This document shows, one piece after another, positions 53,301 to 64,000 of a DNA stretch of 64,000 nt. The position numbers and the translations under genes are program-made. The notes beneath the pieces are model-generated. The model was not told where the DNA came from and searched no databases. It saw nothing but the letters and a program-made list of their open reading frames with translations. Numbering within the stretch: position 1 is the first letter of the stretch; the number at the start of each line of letters is the position of its first letter. This stretch comes from Trichoplax adhaerens (taxonomy: Eukaryota > Animalia > Placozoa): NCBI RefSeq assembly GCF_000150275.1, contig NW_002060946.1:3305454-3369453 (forward strand), read 5' to 3'.

Positions 53301-54626
53301 GTTCCTAGATTAGGGTGATCGGTGTCAACATAACATCGGTAATTGTTATTTGTAATGCATATGCATTGTACAGTATAGCCAATAAATATTGAACTATTCA
53401 TATATGTATAACCATCTATAAGTACAATAAAGATATTCCAAAACTGATGAGTCCTAAGTACGTATGTTAGGATAAAAGAAGCTAATTCATTGGTACATTC
53501 CTTACTTACTTTGTAAAAGCTTTATGATAATGAAAATCTTCTTCTGTATATATTGATGATAATTTTCTAATTGATTGCTTTGTTGACTTGACAGAGGTGT
53601 AAATCTGCAACTATTATAGAAATAGTTTCGAAAATCTGAATGGATAGAAAGAAACGTCTATTCCGTTTGTTATTATTAAAGAGATATTTCTTAGATCTCT
53701 TTGATCATTATAAAATGACGGAAAAGAATGTGTGGTTCCTATGCTCAAGTTTATCAGTTGCATCGATAATGAAATTCACTGTAACTAAGACATATAACTA
53801 AGACAGCGAGTTATAAAGTTATGAAAACAGATGAAATTAAATCTCGATATAACTGTAGCTTAATCCATAAATTTAGTAACAGAGCAGCATACAGTATCAG
53901 GGGCATTTTCAACTCTGGATAGTGCATAAAATGTAACAATATCTACCGTAACGTAGCCCGAAGATCTACCCATGTACAGTATTCATCTTGCTCAAATATA
54001 CTGGCATAGTCTATGCAACGACATTATACTTAGATTGTAAGAATATCAGACAGTTCGCGATTGTCATTATCCTAGTAATGGCTTAATTGCAAATACATGG
54101 TATTTTGTAACATGTAAACTGCTACTATTGTATCCATAAATTAAATGAATGACTTTGGTTAAGAGCTACTAGAATCTCTGAGGTTCTAGAAGCCTATGCC
54201 TTAGTATACATTCGTAACATTTTCTCTTCTTATGACGACAGTATTAGCATCATTGCATTGTGACTGCATAACCATAACGGTCAGTGCATGATTTAGGCGT
54301 AGCAACGTACAGAAAGGCATGCTCGATCAGCTAATCCATTAGCAATACTCTACATTGGAAAAGCTGCTGCTGCAGTAATATTAAAACTGAACACTTTGTT
54401 CTTTCTGTTTAGATCTACGAGTGACAGTGATGTAATAAGAGCGATCGATTGATCTTACTGATAGTTTGGCATCGTCTTTCAAAAACGGCCTCAGACAATT
54501 ATTTTCATTCTTGGCAACTATAGAACATTGCTGAGGGTAAAATAATAAGTATAAGGCATAAAAATTATAAACCATGTACGATAGGAAAACAACGACTGTT
54601 GCACGTCCACAAGTTAGCCATGCCAT
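50386..54626 (-). CDS. CLPTM1L: CLPTM1-like protein (ER lipid scramblase family), ~527 aa, 16 exons
   Basis: Exons 54459-54626, 53510-53610, 53055-53241, 52774-52886, 52443-52633, 52235-52329, 52072-52156, 51832-51935, 51679-51750, 51485-51535, 51309-51391, 51131-51165, 50978-51033, 50842-50886, 50639-50754 and 50386-50467 (1584 nt). Motifs DFLAFKNDV.FW, SWYSW, FGFLFMLPQLFINYKLKSVAHLPW, AFNTFIDDVFAFII.MPTSHRLA.FRDD and YPVDKSRVNEFG; the N-terminus is of the CLPTM1L type. Confidence 0.95.
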
Positions 54627-55697
54627 ATCTTCTCGATGAATTAAGCTGATCGATGACTTGCTCCACAGAACGTAAATAAATTCTACTTTAGAATGGAGCT
54701 GCAGCCAGTTGCTGTAGTAACGCTGGGCATGGTCAACTTTAGTAGTAGCCTCTAGTACGTACTTCTGTACGTCTGTATAAATCGTTACCATTACACCAGT
54801 ACTGTACTTAGCACAGTCAGGGACTTGGAAGACTAATACAGTCTTCTAAATCCCTGGTACAGTATAGTACAGTATAGTAGTTAAGACCTGCCTTGTACAG
54901 TAGTCCTCTTCCATGGCTAATCCGATAGAGTATATCTATAGCTCAGTAGCAGTCAGACAAGATGGTAGATGCCACACTAATTAGAGATGTTAGAAGGAGA
55001 AACCAAAACCAATAAAATCAACTGTAACAGTAAAATATGCAGGCAGAAATACTAGCTTTGCATATAGTGTTGGCAGCGTCCATACGAGGCCATCAGAAAT
55101 GGCTCAAAAATGGCCTTTAGTACTTTAGTCCCTGGGCGAGGCCTTGTATTTTGATACGATTGACGAAAGTAATGTCACTACTAGGATAATTTCATTCAGC
55201 CTGGCCCTCTTAGTACGGTAGTTATGGTAGTGACACTATTTTTGCAGGCGATTGGCACTGATGAGAATACTCATGTACGCAGTACAATATTATACTGGAA
55301 TACCGTGTTTGAGTGTACTACCTGTGCTGAATCATTGGCTAGCATAAATAATGTCGCTATGCCAGCCTCTCGGACCGGACTGCTGGCGTGAGTCCACGGC
55401 CTATCGCTATCAGGTGACATTATTTGTCTTTATTATCATACTATATACTGTATGCTGCGTAGAATATCTAGCGCCCCCGGGTCAGAGATTATAATTTTGT
55501 TCGATGAGTCGGTGACCTAGCCTGTACGTCTGTACTGTAGTCCGTAGTACAATCCACAGGCTAGATAGTCTATGCAAATTCTTGTAATCCACTCTAGTAT
55601 ATATCCCACTGCTGTACGTACTGAATGCGTACGAATATTGATGGCCAGTACTCTAGCCGGATAGCATCGTTTCTTTTTAATTCCACAGCAAAATTCA

Positions 55698-55725
55698 ATG
55701 GCGGGTTTTCAAATCCACCCGCCAT
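55698..55725 (-). promoter_or_regulatory. CDE/CHR (DREAM/MuvB) element inside a 9-bp-arm palindrome, upstream of CEP192
   Basis: The minus strand reads atGGCGGG-tgga-TTTGAA-aacccgccat, i.e. CDE + 4-nt spacer + CHR. It lies next to a probable 5'-UTR exon ending at the donor aag|gtaaat (~55792). Confidence 0.55.
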
Positions 55726-57071
55726 CAATCCACAATTAATGTCAACATTCAACTTGCTCTAGCCATTCTAACCGAGCCACAACCTAACCAAGGTAAATGA
55801 CTTTTCCTATGCCCTATAGAACAGATGATAATGACAGTCAATAGATTGTGAGAGCTCTAAGTTGTATTAATAACAAACTGACTGATCGATTACAAATTGC
55901 AAGATCATTCGATAAGATCCAATGTATTGACTATCGCTTAATCATTTATTTTTAATTCTTTTAGCCTGGTAGACTTACATTTTAAAATTAAATCTTTTAT
56001 CTTTAATAGTTGGATACGTATAGATAAATGTACTAGAGTTGAATACAGTTGTCCTTTTCTATTTCTTCTCTATATTAAAATGAACGAGTGTTGAAATGAT
56101 TTTGGATCCAGGTACAACTCTGTAGATATGCAATCGATTAGCCCACTCACAAAATTAAAAACATCGTTTATTAGATTTACAGTCAAAGTAGATTTGACAT
56201 TAAATTTCTCAAATGAAACGATTGCATACATTATTGATGTATTGCAGGCTCTCACTTGAATTATTCTGACCGATAAAGAACATCCAATGCAAGATTAATT
56301 GGTATTTGCAATTGTAACAATCCTATTGTAAACTGCACCAGCTCATCTTACAATACTACCTTGAGCTTGATTGGATTGGCTCAGGAAAGTCTGCCCAACT
56401 TTGTGGTATACAGTATACATTAAATTAAGAAGAAAATACATCGAAATCAAGGTGAGAGGATATCACATGTAATATTACTAGAGTAGAAAGGCTTACAATA
56501 ACAGTAGTAATGGAACGTTGAGCGATAAATAAAAAATAAATCTCAACTTCTGTCACCATATTATCATTCATTTCTCATCAAACTGCTTCTTTCAATAATG
56601 GTGTAATACGAGTACTGTACAATAGGATAATATTGTACAAATACATACATACTAATTCTATCTTAAAACAAATTTTGTCAACGCATGAAGTAAAGCTGGT
56701 ACAATGAAAAGGCAATACAGTACACTAAAGTTTATTTGAAGATAAATAACCGTTGTCTGTGTTACTGCACAGTAGTCGAGTTACTACAATCCATGTAGCA
56801 AATAAGTTAGCAATTTGTAACAAATTATCCATGTTGTTAAAACACAATATTTAGAATTATTCAAATTCTAATTTTTATTCATTGTAAACTTGATCTCCAG
56901 TAAACTGCTTATTCGTCATGATAGTACATTACAATACTAATGTAGCAAATGGACCACAATAACAACTATCTTCCCCTTATCATGCAGCCTTGTAAGATGA
57001 TGATTCGCTAACGTCAATTCTAACCAATTTACAGCCTTAAGCTGATTTACAGCAAATTCCTCAATACCGTT

Positions 57072-60000
57072 ATGGCTACGTCTAATTATACGCAACCCAT
57101 TAACGACAGTCATGGACAAAGTCACTCGCCTAACAGTAACAAAAATCTTCATCAAACAAATGCTAAATCCGATACCACCAGAAAATATGATGATGGTAAT
57201 AAGCGGAGAAATGTTTATCATATCACTTGCTATAAACTAAATTAAATTAACTTCTCCCTTTGTATTTGTATTACTACATTTACATTATTAAATTTAGACT
57301 TAACATTGTAAAATCGATTCTGTAATACTTTTAATCGCATAACTCATCTTATGGCAATATAGCTGCGTATACAAAAGTTCACTCTCATAATATAGGACTA
57401 TACTTTCGTTATTGATATGCTATATTACCTTAATATCAATATAAATACTGATTATTTTCTCTTCTAGTTAACTTATCCGATTTAGAACAGAAAATTAACG
57501 AAAATATTGGAAGTATTCTTGGCAACAGCTATCGGTCGTCGATTATTCAGACATCCTTTGCTGATTTCCATTTGAACAGTCCCATAATATTTGGAAAGGA
57601 AGAAAGTCGATCAGACCAAATTTTAGGCAATTCTAAAAGATCACTCCATCAAATGAAGAAAAGACAGAAAAATTTAGACGATGATACCGAATTATCCGCT
57701 CTAAGACCTTCCATTTTGCCGTCAAGTTTGGATTTCTCCTTAAAAAGTACTACAGATGATTTAAGCAATTTGGGTAAGTTTTGAAATCTTTGCACCTAAA
57801 GTTCTAGTAATGACATACTCTTGGTAGATTAAGTAGTTAGCAGTTCTTTGAGTAATTATCTCTTGGTGACTATTTGATTATAATTGCCAGTAATACCGTT
57901 TACATTCTACCCTCCTTTGCTATCACCTACAGATATTAGACCTGATTTTGAAACTTTAAGTATGCAAGAAGGTAAAAGACAAGCGCATGAAGATAGCCAT
58001 GAGAGTACTAATAACTTAAAGGAATACTTTACTCATCAGCATTCGTATGGCTTAACTGATACTAATATTGGTAACGATGCTGACGCTTCCAGTACATCTC
58101 TTAATATTAGTACAAATATCCAAGGTATTAATCAATCTAATACATCCCAAAATACCAACGACAGAAATTCTAATACTAGTACCCCAACCTATCAACACAC
58201 GTCCGGTCGACGAACTCCTCTATGGATTACTACTATGATGAAATCAGATCCTAACAGACCACCTTCAAGGCAAGCGATTGATTCTACTACTGTAGACTCT
58301 CATGAGATCGATAATAATTCTAAACATAAAGATAACGTAGTAGAACAAGCTACGAAACTGTTAGAAACTACGCGACATTTTGTCAGTAATAATTTCAATA
58401 TTGGACCATTAACTACAAATTCAAAATCCCTCGATCATGACAATCGTCGTAACAGTGGTTCGAATAAATTATTTGATGATAATATTAAAAGGTCTACGCT
58501 ACCAACACCAGAGGTACATTACAATAATCTTAGCGATGAATTACAAAAGAAGGGACGTAAAAGAGATTATGCTAAATCTATAGGATCTGCTAGTATCGCT
58601 GTAGATGGAGAAGCGTTCATTAATCAAATAAAAACTAATATACACTTAGAGGATGGCGCAGAAACCGGTCAAACCCCCGATAACAATCAATTCAAGACCT
58701 CAGGTGGTATCTCATCCAGTGCATTTAACGGCCCTAGAACAATATTAAAAAATAACGCTAAATTGACTCAAAATAGTATGAGCAACGAAGACGAAAATTT
58801 AGGAACACCAAAGCTACTACTAAAATATACCACTCCATCCGTTGGTAAACCCCCGGTAAATTTTAATGATAAGCAAATGTCATGGGAAGCGGTCAGCGAA
58901 TTTGATCCACTTGTTAATGAACCAGACTCTATTCATAGTCAGCTAGCTTCAGTTGGCGGCAACTTATCCTTAGACACTATCCTATGGCCTGATACAACAC
59001 CTAAAATTGATAAAACATCCAAAGTGATATTATCCCAAGAAAATAAAACCGAAAAAGTTGGTATTCCGTCAGAAAGTAAAGAATTAAACAGTGTAGCTGA
59101 ATCTATTGCATTTAATCAACAGCTAGAGAACGTTACCTCCGTATTAAATACTATCGAAATTCCCAACAAGAACATAAAAATAGAAAATACAAGTCTTGAT
59201 AATTCAATGCATCGTAGCACTAAAACTAACGAGTTGCTTCCAGATTTTTCAGTTGATACCAACAATAAAGACGTTGTTAGTACTGTTCCTAAGATCACTC
59301 AAGATTCGAAAATTGAAGTTTCGTTGGTAGATCAACGTACTCTTCGTGATACTAACGATCCGACATCAACTAAGCAAACAAATGATAACTCGGATCAAAC
59401 AACAGGCTATCTTTCATTAGAGGAGCAGATTAAGGCTAAAATTGATATGCTCAATAATTTAGAAATAAGTTGGAGATCAAGCCTTCCAAATCAAGATGAT
59501 ATTTTTAAGGAATCACAATTTGCAAATGATATTACTAATCCTTTCGATACGGATACGGGATCAGCAGTATTTCATACTCCTATTGGAGTAAATATCACTC
59601 TTAGCAATGAAGAATTTGGACTACAAACTGAAAATTTGGAAGAAATATTAAACAAGGAGGAAGCCAAGCTTGCTGCAGAACACGCAAGTAACGACACAGT
59701 ACACGGAAGCGAAACCGAGCTTATAAATGAAAACAATTTATCTCTCATTAACGCTAACATATCTAACTATCAAGGTGAAGATAATAAATTTTCTCCGAAT
59801 ACATACTTCAACCTAAAAACAGAACCTTTGGGCAACCTAACCGGAAAAGTAGATAGGCAATCCGAACGTCCGTTGTTTGGAATTGATCATGATATCGTAA
59901 CTCCTCCTGCTGCACCCCCTGCAACTTTGCTGTCAGGCAGTGGTAAGCGTTCACTTTCATCAAAGGAAAATTTAGACGGTACAATTCATTTGGCCTCAAA

Positions 60001-63000
60001 AACCATTCCTGCTAATAGCGAAAACGACGTAAAAGCCGCTACAGTTAATAAAATGACATTGGAACCCTTTGATGGTGATTTAGATTCGAATATATCAGAA
60101 ATAGATTTTCAACAAAGAATTGATGAGAAGAAATTAATAGATAAAATCGATAAATTTCTCACTGGCGATTCGATCATGCTAGACACGGAAATAATAAATG
60201 CTAAACAGCACGCCAACTACAAAGATGTAGCGGATGAGCTGCACGCAATAGAACATTTTGATGATGGAATGCTTGATTATAAAGAATTCGTAAATGCAAC
60301 GTCCGGAAAACCTATTACGTATGATCCTTCGAAATCAGAACTACTAGTTGATAGAACATACGAGCATTATGGAAATAAGCAGATTGATTCATCACAACTA
60401 TTGATGACCTCTGGTCATAGTAAGTTTGACAAAAAAGTAAATTTAGATTTCAATAACCATAGACATGAGAAAAATCTAAGTAACGGCATCAGCAACAATG
60501 ATAAATATGTAATTACGAGGGAACAGTCCGTACACAATAACGAGAACAGGCATGAAACCTTAAACACCTTAGGTAAAAATATAAAAGTTACTTAAATATG
60601 TAAAAGAAATAATTCAACTATTTATTTGCTTTTTGAACACTTACTAATCTCTTTAAAAGCGCAATTCCATATAGCAAATAATTTCAATCTGATGCTAATC
60701 TTATATCAACCGAGGCACAGATTGATTAAACCAAAAATTTTCTTAGTTTTATTTCATCTATCAAAATTTATAATCCTATAGGCTCAAGGATCGATGAAAT
60801 ATTAAGATCAGGTGGTAGAATATCGCCTGCGTATGATAAGCGAATTAGCAGCGTTGATAAAACCAAGGATCAGCATTCATACGGCGATCACCCACCGACG
60901 TCTCTAGAAAACTCAAATTTTGCAATATGGAAGAACAAAGTAAGAAGTATACTAAATGATCATGATGCAGAACTACATAATGCACATGATACAATTGTGC
61001 GAGTAATTCCTTCTCCGAAAACAAAGCCAGAAAGTAGTACATCGCACGATGTTACGCAAAATAGTAATTTATATCCGGAGGTGGTGGCACCGTCTACGTT
61101 ATATTTTCCTAAACCTTGTTGCATTGGATTTCGTGCTGTCACTAATCTTACCGTACATAATGTCAACAAACTGTGGGTACAATGCATCTTATCGTTATCA
61201 TACCAAACTTTAAATGGCCAAGACTATTCTCAATCAGTGTTCGAAGTTAAAGATAGAATTATACTCAGGCCTAATGGAGATGAACAGATGGAGGTTGAAC
61301 TCCGGCTTCTTTATATACTAGCTACCTAAAAATTTAAAATTTTGTAAGAACATTTTATAATTTATTACATATTTAATTAGGTTAATTTTAGACCTACAAA
61401 CGAAGGAGTTCACGTTGGGCAATTTAGGTTATATTATGCATTAGCAACAGAACCTAAAACTGATTTTAGAAGCTGGCCGTTTGTTGATGTACAAACACAC
61501 GGCAAAGCTGAGTATCCGCGACTGGAGGTAATTCACATTAATACATATGGGCAAAAATTGTAAGTAGAAAATAGCTTCTATCTTACCAGCATCGAAAATG
61601 AAATCTTTTTTTAATGTATCATAGATTACTTCCAAAGATCTTTCAAACAACTCCTTGGATTTTAAAGTTGTAGCAGTAGATAGCCGTAAATCTATACCAA
61701 TAAACATTGTCAATAAAGGAACTACGGAGATACCACTCCGTTTAACAATTGTTGCTGTAAGATGCACTATGCCGTACAAAATTATTGGTGTTAAATATCT
61801 GAATTATTAATAATTCACCGTCTTATATGATATATAGTCTCCGTCCAATTCTGGATACTTTACCTTGGGATTGAACCATTTGCCTGAAAGGATAATCAAT
61901 GTTGAAGAATTGAGTCAGCCTGGTACCACCGTTCTTAGTGTCTTGATTCCCAAACAATACGGCACTCAGGTATAAAGTTACATTCCATTTCATGTAACAG
62001 TAGGGTGATGCGCTTTTTTAATTTAAAAAATATCTTTTATTTTAAACACATTTGTTACTTCATGAAACGCCCAAGTCTAATGCCATGGATTACCAAACGA
62101 TCTGGGTCCATTTTACTGCTCCTAGATGGCATAGTGGTAATTTTAATTGTCAAAAATTTTAATACCGATGACGTATATATTCCGCTAGCCATCGTAATTA
62201 TAAGAGATTTTCTAATATTTTACAAAGGCGAATTATCTCCCTATGAAGAGTTCTACGCGCGAATAAGTTGCAAACTGGACAGTAACTTTAATGGTATGCT
62301 TTAACATATCAGTTTCACACTAAAGCGATTTGATCTATTAGCGCCTTTATAGAATCATTAGTATACTATTAACTAATCCTTACTATTTTCCTACAATAGA
62401 CCTGGAATCAACTACATGCTTTCCATCTTTAGAAGTGAAAGCTCGTATTGGAATACCAAGACTGCATGTACCTCGCAGTTTACAAGTTAGTGTACAACGC
62501 TTGCTTTAATAAATTAGCTTATACGACTATTATATTGCATATGTTTAAGTCTTTTGTAAAATCAATTTTTCTGTCGATCACCAATCATTCTCATAAATTT
62601 TTATCAACATAAATTATGCAGAATATCAATCTTAGTTGCCCAATTGGTCAACAGGATAGTATTGAAGTACCACTAATGAACGCCGGTAGCATCAATAGCA
62701 ACGTAGCAATAGCAGTTGATGGATACCGAGATTCATTTACGGCTATACCGAAATCATTGCATTTAGACACAGGAGAGGTAACTCGTAATTTAGATATTTT
62801 TATTTAATTTAAATGGCGTTAATATTTTTTGCAAATTTCTGTTGCAGACAAAGTGCATTAGGATTACATTTTCTCCTACATCATACGTTCGTAGAATCGA
62901 AGGGTAACTTTAAAATCATATACTGCCTTGCTTAAATGCCTTTTGATTTAACTGACCTTACGCTTTAATGAAATTACAGTCGTCTCATTTTGCATTGCCA

Positions 63001-63983
63001 ACCTTTTGGTCCTGACTATGAGCTTAACCTCTCCGGCTACACTCTGAAGAAACGAACAGATTCTGAGCAAATTAATATTCAACCTAGCAATACAAAGTCG
63101 GTATCGACTTCGTCTTCTTTATTTAAGATAAATTTTCAAATCATAACAAGCCCCTAGTTGTTTTCACCTAAAGCTTAATTCATCCTTTAACTATCCTAGC
63201 TTTCTATTATGTAACAAGTCATTAGTAGATTGGGGTTGTGTCAACCTTCAGCAAACTAAGTGAGTTCTGATGTGTTTCATTGATTTTTACTATTCGATGT
63301 GTTAATAAATACTCATAAGTTATGTCCGATGTGCAGGGAGCAGATTTTATCGCTGCGTAATTCGTCTGATTCCAGTTTAAGATTGAAGATGACTATCAAA
63401 GATGAACAATATTTCGCTGTATGGCTTGTGCTATTTGTTCCTTAAGATCTAGGCTGCAATCTATTAAAATGTATTAATATTAAAATTGAAACTTATTAAT
63501 GCCTTTAATAGCTACGAAATTCTATCACATATGAGAATCATGGCTCAAAGGACCCCTATTTCAGCATTAAACCGAAGGTTATTGTCACTATAACAATATC
63601 ATATTAAACTTTATCAATCACACTAAATACTTTATTGTGACGTTCTTACATAAACTTAATTTCGATCAAAATTTTTGTAAATGACTAATGGCATTCACAG
63701 GAGAACTATCATGTACGCATAGCATTTATTCCAAATGCTATTAAATTTTTCCGATCAGAATTGTTAATTACCTGCATGGAATCAAATACTGATTATCAGG
63801 TATAGTGTTGCTATTCGAAAGCCAACATTACATTTATTAGATTTTTTATCAATGCTAACTGCGTCTCATTTTACTAAATTAAAAACATCTAGATTCCTCT
63901 TCAAGGCTATGGTGGAACGTCTCAAATCGGTTTACTTGGTGTGCGCGAATTAGCTGATGGCTACTTTGCGAAATTGGACGAGG
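57072..63983 (+). CDS. CEP192: Centrosomal protein CEP192/SPD-2 homologue; partial, continues off the right edge
   Basis: Exons 57072-57195, 57468-57773, 57933-60572 (2640 bp), 60782-61293, 61381-61527, 61625-61756 and 61838-61969, then further small exons to the window end. A long disordered N/S/T/D-rich N-terminus is followed by VVAPSTLYFPKPCCIGFRAVTNLTVHNVNKLWVQCIL and LDF...NKGTTEIPLRLTI, matching the SPD2 (ASH/PapD-like) domain (human ..LPHACCVGIASQTLLSVLNPTDRWLQV..; ..VPIRLII). The start codon is tentative. Confidence 0.85.
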
Positions 63984-64000
63984 TAATGTAGATTCGAAAG

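Noticed and set aside
59116-61779. Minus-strand ORFs overlapping CEP192 (likewise 4805-5005, 26179-26421, 47189-47476, 56937-57221)
   Set aside because: Antisense shadows of real coding exons.

Overview
AT-rich (roughly one-third GC by eye), intron-rich animal genomic DNA with three N-gaps. Short GT-AG introns, compact genes and the gene set suggest an early-branching metazoan, most plausibly a placozoan such as Trichoplax (inference, not proven). Exons stitched by hand give, left to right: the N-terminal part of a divergent TRPM-family channel (minus, runs off the left edge); an intact but catalytically rewired purine nucleoside phosphorylase (PNP) paralogue (minus); a Tc1/mariner-like long-TIR element, minisatellites and a duplicated PNP promoter/first exon; a canonical PNP (plus, head-to-head with the paralogue); an intronless FITM gene; a ~12.5-kb gene-poor stretch; an atypical 8-cysteine insulin-superfamily prepropeptide; PDCD5; CLPTM1L (16 exons); and CEP192/SPD-2 (runs off the right edge), whose promoter has a CDE/CHR element inside a palindrome. 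The best candidates for undescribed biology are the PNP plus pseudo-PNP pair and the non-canonical insulin-like peptide.
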